64,000 nt of DNA, from positions 151,813-215,812 of the forward strand of contig CAWCAA010000002.1 of NCBI GenBank assembly GCA_963793435.1, given 5' to 3'. Source of the DNA: an uncultured Verrucomicrobiae bacterium (GTDB lineage Bacteria > Verrucomicrobiota > Verrucomicrobiia > Verrucomicrobiales > Akkermansiaceae). How positions within the stretch are numbered: the stretch's first letter is position 1; the number at the start of each line of letters is the position of its first letter. Below are positions 11,201-18,552 of the stretch, one piece after another. A program made the position numbers and the translations under genes. A model generated the notes under the pieces. It was not told the DNA's origin and did not search any database. It saw only the letters and a program-made list of their open reading frames with translations.

Positions 11201-13618
11201 TTGCTCTTCGAGATTGGCGATCTGGAGGCGGAGGTCGGTGTCCTTTGGCTGGAGTCTGACGGCCTCTAACAGAAGGTCGCGGCGTTTGTCATCGTCCTTC
11301 ATGATGCGGGCGAGTTCCGCTTGGGCGAGGACGGGGCCGACGGAGCGGCGGTTGCCACGGGCGCGCTCGCGGAGTTTCTCCTCAAGCTCCGCAGTGCGTC
11401 CGGTTTGGAGGGCGAGGTTCGCGAGGCTGACGGCCCAGCGTGCTTGGTCGCGGGGGTTTTCGGAGTCATCGTAGAGCCTCCAGTAAATGGCTTCCGCGTC
11501 CTGCATTTGCCCGGATTCCTCATGGAGGGAGGCGAGGGTGGCGGCGAGATCGGTATCGTTGTCGAAGCGGGCGACGGCCTGGCGGGTAGCCGCGACGGCT
11601 TCTTCAGCCTGGCCGTTTTCGCGCAAGATGCCGCCGCCGGTGACCCATGCGGTCTTGTCCCCGGGGGCGCTTTGTTTCCATCGCTCGACTGTGGCGAGGG
11701 CGTCTTCGGTGAGTCCGGCGCGGCGCTGGAGCTCGGTCATGTCTTTGAAAAAGGATGTCTTGCGGCCCTCGTCGGTATCGGCGAGGCGGGAGAGGACGGC
11801 GATGGCTTGTTTGAGATCGCCACGCCTATCGAGGAGGGCGGAATGGAAATGGATGACGAGCGGATCGGTGGCTCCTTCCATGATTTTTGCGACGGCATCG
11901 AAATCCCCGTGGGAGTCTGCGAGGGCGGCGAGGAGGCAGGTTTCCGCAGGGGTGCGGGCGTCCTGTCTTTCGAGGGTTTCACGCCACTGGATGGATTTGT
12001 CTGCGGCGGCGATGGCGCGGAGGGCGAGGCCTATGCTTTCGGTGAGATCCACGCTCTGGCTGGAGAAGCGGACGAGTTTGATGGCGTGGGTGACGGCGAT
12101 CTCGGGCTTTTCAGCGGCGAGCGCGGCTTGGGCGATGGCTGAGAGGTAGCGCGGTTCCTTGCCTAAAAGTTCGGATTTTGCGGAGAGGATTTCGAAGGCG
12201 GCTTCGGTTTCACCGAGAGCGGAAACGGAGGCTGCGGCGCGGAGGACGGTATCGAGGTTTTCGGAGGTGCCGATTTTTTGGAGAATGACGAGTGCCTCGG
12301 GTTTGCGGTTGGTGCGGGCGTATTCGGAGGCGAGTGCTTCGGAGGGGGCGATGGAGGCATTTTCCGCTGCGGAGAGGGTTTTGAGGAGGGTTTCTCCTTC
12401 TTCGGCCAGCTCGTATTGGAACATGAGGCTGGCGATGCGGATGCCGGAAGGTTCATCGGTGCCGAGGAGTTCGTGGGCTTTTTTCAGGGCGGCGAGGGTG
12501 GCTTCCTTGTCTTTCTGGCGGTTGTGGAGATCTGCCATCTGGAGGAGGAGGGCGGGGTCTTCGGGTGCCTGGGCGATGAGTTTTTCGAGTTCCTCGGCGG
12601 CTTCGTCGAATTTTTCGGAATCTGTTAGAAGACGGACGAATTCCTCACGGAGTTCGCGATTGCCGGGGGAGCGTTTCAGGACTTCTCGGAAACGGCCTAC
12701 TGCGGCGTCGGTTTCACCCTGGGCGGCTTCGATTTTTGCGAGGAGACGGTGGATGAGGAGGCGGCGGGGATTGGCTTCGGCGAGCTCGGCGAATTTGTTT
12801 TTGAGGTCGTCCAGCCTGTCCTGTTTGCGGAATGCGGCATCGATCTGGGCGAGGACTTCGCGCTCCAGCCAGGAGCCTTCGCCGACGTTTTCGAGAGTGG
12901 CCGAGTAGGCGGCGATGGCCTCGTCGTGTTGGCCGGCCTGGGCGAGGAGGTCGCCACGGCGGAGCTGGCGGAGGGTCTTTTTATAGGGATCGGCACCAGC
13001 GGCGATGAGCTTGTCCACATAGGCGAGGGCTTGTTCGGTTTCGCCCTCGGCGGCGGCGGATTCAACGAGGTCTTCTAACAGATCCTCGTCTCCGGGATTG
13101 GCGGCGAGGAGGGCGTCCCATGCTTTGATAGCTTGTTCGGGATTGCCTTCGCGTAGCCAGGATTTCCCGATGAGCTTGGAAGCTTCCAGGGCGATGGCTT
13201 GGTTGGAGCCGGCGGCGGCTGTGGTGAGGTCTTTGCGGGCGGCTTCGAAATCGAGGCGGCGGAGGAGGATTTTCGCGCGCTCCATGGCAAGGGAGCTTTT
13301 TTCCGGGAGGGCTTCGATTGCTTTCCCGAGTGTGGCGAGGGCTTCCTCTTCCTGCCCACGGCGGAGCTGGTAGCGTGCGAGGATGGCGAGGTTGGCCCCG
13401 CCGTTTTGCGCGGCTTCTTCGGTGAGGTATTTTTCGAGGGTGGCGATGTTCTTTTCATCAATCCATGAGCTGAAGAATCGCTCGAAAAGGGTATCGTTTT
13501 CCGGGCGTTTCAGAAGAGCCTCATGATACTTGAGTGCTTTGGGTGGCACTGCCTCCTGCGCGAGGATTGGTATGTTGAGAAATAATAGAAACGGAGCGAG
13601 GAGATGGAGCGGCTTCAT
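5183..13618 (-). CDS. Giant (2811 aa) secreted/periplasmic TPR-rich, predicted all-alpha protein
   Basis: Uninterrupted 8.4-kb ORF with coding-type codon bias throughout. N-terminal signal peptide MKPLHLLAPFLLFLNIPILAQEA. The first ~900 aa are recognisably TPR-like (A/L/E/R-rich 34-residue periodicity). No enzymatic motif was recognised. Confidence 0.8.
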   Translation of the reverse strand: MKPLHLLAPFLLFLNIPILAQEAVPPKALKYHEALLKRPENDTLFERFFSSWIDEKNIATLEKYLTEEAAQNGGANLAILARYQLRRGQEEEALATLGKAIEALPEKSSLAMERAKILLRRLDFEAARKDLTTAAAGSNQAIALEASKLIGKSWLREGNPEQAIKAWDALLAANPGDEDLLEDLVESAAAEGETEQALAYVDKLIAAGADPYKKTLRQLRRGDLLAQAGQHDEAIAAYSATLENVGEGSWLEREVLAQIDAAFRKQDRLDDLKNKFAELAEANPRRLLIHRLLAKIEAAQGETDAAVGRFREVLKRSPGNRELREEFVRLLTDSEKFDEAAEELEKLIAQAPEDPALLLQMADLHNRQKDKEATLAALKKAHELLGTDEPSGIRIASLMFQYELAEEGETLLKTLSAAENASIAPSEALASEYARTNRKPEALVILQKIGTSENLDTVLRAAASVSALGETEAAFEILSAKSELLGKEPRYLSAIAQAALAAEKPEIAVTHAIKLVRFSSQSVDLTESIGLALRAIAAADKSIQWRETLERQDARTPAETCLLAALADSHGDFDAVAKIMEGATDPLVIHFHSALLDRRGDLKQAIAVLSRLADTDEGRKTSFFKDMTELQRRAGLTEDALATVERWKQSAPGDKTAWVTGGGILRENGQAEEAVAATRQAVARFDNDTDLAATLASLHEESGQMQDAEAIYWRLYDDSENPRDQARWAVSLANLALQTGRTAELEEKLRERARGNRRSVGPVLAQAELARIMKDDDKRRDLLLEAVRLQPKDTDLRLQIANLEEQSGNPDRVVAILEEAVDMDSTGRIRSALAQAYLRMGQTLKGMRELRAISGKQADDPRSIEQSAAILAGSGLYEEAIRFLREALPDGGDWRTRYLLATMLEHDGRETEAIPLFQTLRQATGELPNVSPPQQNNRYGMEDYSEILQRIINIMQSGQAAYAHRATDNSGYYYSSQQGAKVGPFVLPDSVESVRTLSLIHLAKLGVKDLENADFINELTETSRGRTDFPALLAKYPDQPGLLDITLMYGSYGNRGSTIDKDLLRNLLAKRDDLSLRTRFQSCMLLMRDADDSDPVWKEIVTISNELAKEEDEKKSPQTGFMLLRMLSNETLAIPEATRKELSSALIAMASAASADAGPFQGFKLAAISSVGTTAQLIDAINSEVEDFRKDANNKPISPARQMQSYYGNMGYNQWNNGENPFKIPAIEEISMSSVPPHLLSMIRLPEERGGYFGFKPADPKTLLPLLEKISSPALRAWIAIRAGDSAATEKALAATPPEDEKNDFTALRAYRAAVKKDYPTAYKLFSELRPAYSSDRNLVNSLNLTLLAIAGEMKEEERKEITGELRALLIQARNILGPQAGQRVGAHAVLLGMPELAKRFQPPAFVRGSGTSRLGAATFGSQPSSTSSGGNASIEKMRKFSSTGKTEAAAMEALNLIRKANANQHNSHYELRQIKENITPEVTKALFKMADPGDSKSLTKLMEYADICANFGKPGEAERVLTRLHGQRPEDASIAGKLAFLLPAEKRKEAIDLISKAASDAEFPGIASSAAEELGGTENNIRTFAFFTTVTEWLENAKPEDLEKTNLTWVSYHAKHFFGRQYLESDIHGLFDSGTREPKDKKLQAEYTALAKRLAIAILRHPSIAEEGFRLLNKSGAWKIPEKEMDALARQSLLAAASRPEDPYSNTSFFTLRMGNGSSGSGDDLDESSSVKWITSRLATAKSPDEILPPEFLKQLQEKDANLATLVSALAGLSDIGELQTLWESDPMKKATGSFAKMLRNGVLARAGTIPGANGFFLKMIREIKPVTQQNRYDNDDIRYTLFAAALTTAATGDAENLEETCSAIATAVYGEEIDFNQPGDGMLLYQAISTMENVFQRSTLGAATAAKVIGTFYSLGVPIARQDYYLAQPFRNLKITKKEEGEKLFESLGWLNGAATWKPLAAILMDANHNGGKVTFTRKDEFLQPRVFSYMSFNVPRRDMSRHLEERKPATFGSLITAAALVDGSERTRLTEKAFTLAAPEISKMKPGRVSTFSPVLSWLPAGAMAKLPASFREKADAANEEKRKKLVEAADAFLEGPQAGNQYQNPLDQVREMVGELATVDMEKSVELFVAAEKRFTDGLRTGMRLSSSSSSGLQIIERDEAIYSLLLSSSSPLKSDPMLALRFHKAVEESPAATRMSFAGYSNAIPLLYEIGGNIYNATPQKPGNDMPRWLAALEDTAAMPEEIRKEARIALGIWLMGNHSFARSVKLPQDREELLKIKDLPEEFAIIRSFSIGISGWKSDTPQGREITVKALLALSGDETLSLPTRFQFISVATTMVSDMLANAELASRFADLFEAYAAEERTVINTLGLQSANLVGTTTITDANRPFLTRINTAFWENANSPKPGGHPPIPPNYGDNLFLAAAKIGDEPTAKKLLGIARPLIEGNVEVIASLIASGNHALAMEMLSPPERIYRRFTKLLPYDRDFEKRLAEFRKNPGLDPLALLRLEVQLMDAPPVTGKDAPEESEAQRELRLATTYKANPPDGKLLRTELISSMIRDSHTAAIALHDEVLALRKELDLRKSLDDWREGAGSEKEPSPRHVLAPLEAVVFRQAAFLDLLDGDASGLNTVTGVIESLPPYSSSSPNNGERRYVELFLERLSSSAALWIAEAIHQDKTEAFKDAFEPFSKLSLVVENRKELQSYHLFRVVVFAEFFAYWENDGKRFEALRTQLKRDGKKNDYLKKRQGFRHLADMGNRHRMWTREATADIRHSLVLATLTRPEMKSYFGHVDQWVPGPQTRVCAMTS

Positions 13619-13623
13619 GGGGA

Positions 13624-13663
13624 TTTTAAAAGAATAACCATGTCTAACGGGTTATTTTTAAAA
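13624..13663. promoter_or_regulatory. AT-rich inverted repeat abutting the start codon of the giant gene (operator or 5-prime-UTR hairpin candidate)
   Basis: ttttaaaagaataacc (13624-13639) pairs with ggttatttttaaaa (13650-13663) across a 10-nt spacer. It ends 5 nt from the ATG at 13618 and forms an AT island in a GC-rich genome. Confidence 0.35.
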
Positions 13664-13766
13664 GTCGCGAAGATTATTGGGTGCGTCGCCAGTTTTTTAT
13701 GGCTAGCAGCCGTGCATCGGGAATTGTGTATTCGACGTGCCAGTCTTCAAGGCCAACGGCCTGTCC

Positions 13767-13948
13767 CATCCCAGCCTGGGGCGAAGTGAAACGAAAGCCC
13801 CAGGAATAGAGCGGAAGAAATGGAGAGGACTGAAAGTCCGTTCCATCCGCCGGGGCAAATCACACGCGATGGAACGGACTTTCAGCCCTCTTGATTCTTA
13901 CGATGTTTGAACCCAGGGCGTCGTTTCACTTTGCCCTGGGCTGGGATA
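13767..13948. repeat. Nested (double) palindromic element, ~180 bp
   Basis: Outer arms 13767-13794 and 13921-13948 match 24/28 as reverse complements. Inner arms 13825-13847 and 13868-13890 match 22/23. Confidence 0.6.
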
Positions 13949-13994
13949 GCGTTGCACCTTTGGTGCGGAAGAACTGGTGCCAAACGATCTTTGC

Positions 13995-14182
13995 TTTTCA
14001 CAAAACGTGATGCGCACGAGTATAGCGGCGGCCCGCTGGCATTCCTGCCGGGATGCGGTATTGCCAGATCCGGGGGTGTTCGCTATCGCTCGACCCCCGG
14101 CTACTTGCTGATATCCCTCCGGGATGGAAAGAGGGGATGGAAAGAGCGGAATTTCGCAAAACCTGATGCGTGGCAGTATAGC
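13995..14182 (+). repeat. Two direct copies of a ~32-nt motif, TTTC(A/G)CAAAAC(G/C)TGATGCG...(G)AGTATAGC
   Basis: Copies at 13995-14026 and 14151-14182. A third, internally duplicated copy is at 34318-34359. A tandem gggatggaaagag x2 lies at 14121-14146. Confidence 0.5.
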
Positions 14183-14209
14183 TGCCTGATAGTTTTTGAC
14201 GGTAGGCGA

Positions 14210-14821
14210 CTATTTCGTTGCGAATTTGAGATCGAGGAAATCCAAGAGGTCTTTTCTGGTCTCGAAGCCGTGCCTGGCTTTGCGGGTCGGGTCGGGTGGG
14301 GTTGTCCATTTTACGACCATGGTATCCGCGTTGATGATGCGGGCGGGGAGGCCGGTGTCCTGGGCTTCCCGGACGGTTTCGCCTGTGCCGCCGATTCCGC
14401 GCGGGGGGTTTCCGTCCCAGGCGAAGAGGAAGGCGTCCGCCCATTCGAGCAGGTTGTGGGAAACGGCCTGGTAGGCTTCCGGGGCTTCCTTTTCACCGGG
14501 AGTGACGTATTTTGCGAGGGCTACTCCGAGGAGTTTTTCCACCATCTCCCATTCCGCCGGGTCTTCGAAGTCTTCTGAAAACCTCTCTTCGGGAAAGGGG
14601 AGGATTACGACCGCGGGTATCCGCAGGTCGATGCAGGTGCGGAGGAAAATCAGATCCGCACCTGCGGCGGCGCTGGAGATGGCGATCACGCGGCCGCCGA
14701 GGGCGTCTCTCATTTCCGAAAGGCTTTCCCGTATGGCAATGCGCAGCCCCTGGGGATGCGGGACGCGGCGGTGCCCGGCGAAGGCGATGAGCTTGGGCTG
14801 GCGGGTGGTGTCACTCATCAT
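14210..14821 (-). CDS. SLOG-like (LOG/DprA/YpsA-type Rossmann) protein
   Basis: 203 aa. Ordered motifs FAGHRR, SSAAAGADLIF, VILPFP, AFLFAWDG and GIGGTGETVREA...GLP match the SLOG superfamily pattern (Gly-rich loop, then GGT). This rests on pattern memory only. Confidence 0.5.
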   Translation of the reverse strand: MMSDTTRQPKLIAFAGHRRVPHPQGLRIAIRESLSEMRDALGGRVIAISSAAAGADLIFLRTCIDLRIPAVVILPFPEERFSEDFEDPAEWEMVEKLLGVALAKYVTPGEKEAPEAYQAVSHNLLEWADAFLFAWDGNPPRGIGGTGETVREAQDTGLPARIINADTMVVKWTTPPDPTRKARHGFETRKDLLDFLDLKFATK

Positions 14822-15009
14822 AAAAATGGGAGAGTTTCACCAACTGTTCTGCGTGCGCTGCGCCCGCTTCGAAGAGGAAATCCATGAGTGCGAGATTGTC
14901 CAGGGTGAAGCCGCCTTTTGGTGACGCGGGCGGCGGCATCCGTATCCTCCCCGGTGAAAATTTTATCGTATCGGGGGTAGAGGTATTCGGATCTCCTCGC
15001 GAACCCCAT
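14811..15009 (-). CDS. Small ORF coupled to the SLOG-like gene, apparently frameshifted at a 4-nt homopolymer
   Basis: Frame A (MGFARRSEYLYPRYDKIFTGEDTDAAARVTK) and frame B (GGFTLDNLALMDFLFEAGAAHAEQLVKLSHFYDE) both show coding codon bias. They join at the T4/A4 run at 14916-14919. The stop overlaps the SLOG start by 11 nt. Confidence 0.3.
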
Positions 15010-15301
15010 GGGATCACCCGCCCCTCCATCCACGGGCTGGCCGTATCGGCACTCCCCATGATGGGGCAGAGGAGATCCTGGTATTGGAAAAAGGATGCGA
15101 CGAGGGAGGAGGGGAGGGGTTTTGCCTGGGAGAGGACGGCGAGGAAATGGTTGTTGCTCAGTGACCGCTTTCATCGCGATGCAGCATCACCGGGGCGGGG
15201 GATGCCCTCAAGGAAATAGGCGCCCCGGCCCCGTGAATTTCTTCACAACAAAGGTGTGACAGTGGCAGGATCCCGCGTCTGAAAAACGAACCGCAGTATG
15301 A

Positions 15302-16030
15302 TCACTGGGCGTTGCCGTTCCAGAAGACGTTCTGTTCCCCGCCGTTTGTGTCATAATTTTTGATGTCAGCGGGCGAAACCAAACCTGCGTGCCCATCGTA
15401 GTAAACCACGGCGGCTTTGCCACTGTGGCGGAAGGCGATCATTCCGTTCGGATTGTAGCCTTCCTCGGTCTCGCCCACTTCCCAGTTCAGCCGGCCGTTG
15501 TATTTTACGATCCAGTCGGTGCAGGTAACAAATGCCGCGCTCCGGGCAGGATCGTTGACCTGGCTGACACGAAAACTGCGCTCGGTGCCCGGTTGCCCCC
15601 AGCTCCCGCCGGGCATGTTGGATTGCACATATCCGTAGCTGGCGACCATTTTGTCGTAGTGTTTCCCCCTGGCTTTGAAAGCCACAGGATCGAGAACCGA
15701 GTTCGGCGTATCCCATCTGTCGTTTACAATGGATGTATCACCTGTGAGAGCTGCTAAAAAACCTGCCGTCTTATACCACTCCGATTTCGAATTGCTGTCT
15801 TCATCGAATGCATAGATGGGGATGTATTTGCCACCATGGTCAGCCGCCCATATCGAATTCGCAGACTGTAGTGCCCGGATGTTCGAGATTGCCCCGACCT
15901 TGTCACCGGCTTTGCGGAATTTGAACATCGTGCCCAGACCGATCGCGACGAGCACGGCGATGATTGCGATGACTACCAGGAGCTCCACCAGGGTGAAGCC
16001 GTGACGACGGGTGTTTTTTTGGATTTTCAT
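15302..16030 (-). CDS. Prepilin-type N-terminal cleavage/methylation domain protein with H-X9-DG motif (DUF1559-like)
   Basis: HGFTLVELLVVIAIIAVLVAI at the N-terminus and HSGKAAVVYYDG (H-X9-DG) near the C-terminus. Confidence 0.9.
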   Translation of the reverse strand: MKIQKNTRRHGFTLVELLVVIAIIAVLVAIGLGTMFKFRKAGDKVGAISNIRALQSANSIWAADHGGKYIPIYAFDEDSNSKSEWYKTAGFLAALTGDTSIVNDRWDTPNSVLDPVAFKARGKHYDKMVASYGYVQSNMPGGSWGQPGTERSFRVSQVNDPARSAAFVTCTDWIVKYNGRLNWEVGETEEGYNPNGMIAFRHSGKAAVVYYDGHAGLVSPADIKNYDTNGGEQNVFWNGNAQ

Positions 16031-16135
16031 TTGAGTGGATTTTTTGAATAATGTAGTTGCAATGTAACTTCAAAAATTTACGAGACAAGGAAAAGCTCGT
16101 GCAGAAAAGTTGCGACGGGTGGGTGTTGGGCGGAC

Positions 16136-16867
16136 TTACTTTGTTGGTTTCCGTTTGGAAAACATCCATTCGTAGAGCCTGTCATCCGCGAAAGCCTTGC
16201 TCCACGCGTTGTGCTTCGTATCCGGGTAGATGGTGAGATTCGCCTCGCCGCCGGCTTTGAGGATGGCGGTGGAGAGTCTTCGGGATTCATCTGCGGGGAC
16301 GACGGGATCCTTGTCCCCGTGGAAAAACCAGAAGGGGACTTTCTTCGCCCAGGGAGCGTAGGAAACCGGCCCCCCGCCACATACGATGACGGCTGCGGCA
16401 AAGGTTTCCGGGTGCTGCACGGCAAGCCGGAACGCCCCGTGCCCCCCGCGGCTCATTCCCATGATATAGATGCGGGATTCATCCACACGCAGCTCCGGGA
16501 GCTTTGCCAGAAGGAAGGAGTGGAGGAGGGCATCGTCCCAGAGGCCTTTCGGATCCGGGTTCTGCGGTGCGAGCACGATGGCGGGGATCTCCCTGCCGTT
16601 CTCGATTTCGTGGGTGAGGCCGTTTTTTTTCACAAGTTCCAGATCGTCCCCGGACTCGCCTCCGCCGTGGAGAAAGAGGATGAGTGGGAATTTTTTCTGC
16701 GATTCCGAATAGCCCTTCGGTAGGTATTCCAGGAACCCCACCTCGGTTTTCCGTTCAATTATGACCGCTTTGGAGATGAGCGCGGGCGCCTCTTGTGCGG
16801 CGAGACTCGGAATTTGGAAAAAAACCGCCAGAAGCAGGGATAGGCAGCGGAGTTCTGAAAAATTCAT
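16136..16867 (-). CDS. Secreted alpha/beta-hydrolase (esterase / dienelactone-hydrolase-like)
   Basis: The start is trimmed to MNFSELRCLSLLLAVFFQIPSLAAQ (signal peptide). Contains LFLHGGGE, the nucleophile elbow GMSRGG, and FHGDKDPVVP...HNAW. Confidence 0.75.
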   Translation of the reverse strand: MNFSELRCLSLLLAVFFQIPSLAAQEAPALISKAVIIERKTEVGFLEYLPKGYSESQKKFPLILFLHGGGESGDDLELVKKNGLTHEIENGREIPAIVLAPQNPDPKGLWDDALLHSFLLAKLPELRVDESRIYIMGMSRGGHGAFRLAVQHPETFAAAVIVCGGGPVSYAPWAKKVPFWFFHGDKDPVVPADESRRLSTAILKAGGEANLTIYPDTKHNAWSKAFADDRLYEWMFSKRKPTK

Positions 16868-17054
16868 CGGTGGAAAAAATGACCGCCGAATTTTCGCGAA
16901 TGAAGGGACTATTGTAATCGCGGCGTGGCAACGTGTTTTCGCCAGCCTGACGGTAGTGGCGGACTCCCTCATTTCCCTTTTTCGTAATTTGGTTGCTCGG
17001 CTCACACGGGAAGTATCGCATGAAATCGAACTAGCACCATACTCCTCGAGTGCT

Positions 17055-18254
17055 TTATCCAGCCAAATCACCAGCAGCAACCAGCAACCCCGGTCTGATG
17101 TCTGCAGGCGAGGTTCTGTAAATCCGGAGACCCGTGCAGTGATTGAATTTCATAAAAGCTTCCAGTTCCTTGCCTAGGGCTGTGAAAAAGAGATCAGTTC
17201 CCGAGAAGCCGGGCTCCAGTGCGAGGTGATGGATATGCAGCAGCGATTCCTTCCTTTCCGCTTTGCAGTCCATCCGTGCGACCAGTTTTCCATCCCACAG
17301 AATGGGTAGGGAGAAGTAACCATACCGGCGTTTTTCCTCCGGGACATAGCACTCGATCAGATAGTCGAACCCGAACAATTCCGTCATGCGCTTGCGCTGG
17401 ATCACCAGGTTGTCGAATGGTGAGAGGATTTTCAGTTTGCTGCGGGAAAGGGGCTTGTCCAGCAGCTCCAATGTGGCTGGTAGCGCGAAATGGGAATTTC
17501 CCGCCACGCGAATTTTTACCAACTCTCCGCTGAGAGCCATTTCCTCCAAAGCTGCGGAAACAGGCCGCTTCATGTTTTTTAACAGATAGGTGATTTCGGC
17601 AGCCTGCCCCAATCCGTTTGCCTTCAGATACCGGGTGATCAGAAAGCGGACGTGTTCCTCCCGGTTGGGTATGGTGGTATCGGTTCCTTCGGGCAAGACC
17701 CGCTCGGTGAGATCATAGACCTTGTGGAAACTGGTGCGGCGAGGTGCCATCAGATCGCCCTGCATGAACAGGTATTCCAAGGCGCGTTTGGCGGGCTTGG
17801 TTTTCCAATGGCCTATCCGTTTCCCGGTGTGCTCGAAATCCTTGGCCATCAATGGCCCCTCGGTGGCAATGCGTTTGAGCACCAGTTTCATCATCTTTTC
17901 ATCGCGATCATACCAGTGCTCCTGCTCGCCACTTGCCAGCGCCTGTTTGCGCGGCAGGCTGAACCGGAAATCGCGCATGGGCAGGTAGGCTGCTGCGTGG
18001 GCCCAGTATTCAAAGACCAGCTTGTCCGCAATCAGGCTTTCGAGTTGGGAGTTCTTGTAACGGGGATTGCGGTTCCACAGGGTGTGGTGGTGGGCGCGCC
18101 GGATGACGGAAATCGCATCGATCTGGATGTAGCCGAGGTGCTCGATGGCGGAGAGCGTGGCGGAGGTTGCGCTTCCGCTTTGCTTCGCCGGTGGCACTTT
18201 TTGCGACAGCAAAACCAGTTTCCTGGCTTCCCGGATGGATAGGGATTCTTTCAA
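17055..18254 (-). CDS. Winged-helix YcaQ/AlkZ-family protein (DNA interstrand-crosslink glycosylase family, DUF1006)
   Basis: 399 aa. Contains GYIQIDAISVIRRAHHHTLWNR (QxD motif), EYWAHAAAYLP and FGFDYLIECYVPEEKRRYGYFSLPILWDGKLVARMDCKAER. Confidence 0.8.
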   Translation of the reverse strand: MKESLSIREARKLVLLSQKVPPAKQSGSATSATLSAIEHLGYIQIDAISVIRRAHHHTLWNRNPRYKNSQLESLIADKLVFEYWAHAAAYLPMRDFRFSLPRKQALASGEQEHWYDRDEKMMKLVLKRIATEGPLMAKDFEHTGKRIGHWKTKPAKRALEYLFMQGDLMAPRRTSFHKVYDLTERVLPEGTDTTIPNREEHVRFLITRYLKANGLGQAAEITYLLKNMKRPVSAALEEMALSGELVKIRVAGNSHFALPATLELLDKPLSRSKLKILSPFDNLVIQRKRMTELFGFDYLIECYVPEEKRRYGYFSLPILWDGKLVARMDCKAERKESLLHIHHLALEPGFSGTDLFFTALGKELEAFMKFNHCTGLRIYRTSPADIRPGLLVAAGDLAG

Positions 18255-18552
18255 CGGGTGAGCAGGCGGATGGGTTTCTCCCGACAGGCGATCCTCGGGA
18301 AAGTGTTTTCGTCGCTCTTCGCGGCCATCCCTGCGGGGTTGCGAGATTCATTTTCTCTACGGAAATTCCGGTCGGCTCCGTCCGAAAAGGACACGACAGG
18401 TTTCGAATACCGGAAATCATACATGGGCGAGCTTGTTTTTGCTTGCCCGGGTCTGTCAATGGTTCCCCTCCGTCGCAGGCCGTAGCCAACGGTTCTCCTA
18501 TCCGCTAACTTCCCCCTGTGCCGATCCGCTCTTCTCAGGCACCGTTGCGCGG

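Noticed and set aside
16868-17080. Upstream extensions of several ORFs (16136-17080, 18433-18552, 19812-19832, 30047-30100, 40460-40588 and 58091-58198).
   Set aside because: In each case an internal ATG is followed directly by a signal peptide or the first TM helix. The extension overlaps a neighbouring gene or lacks coding bias.
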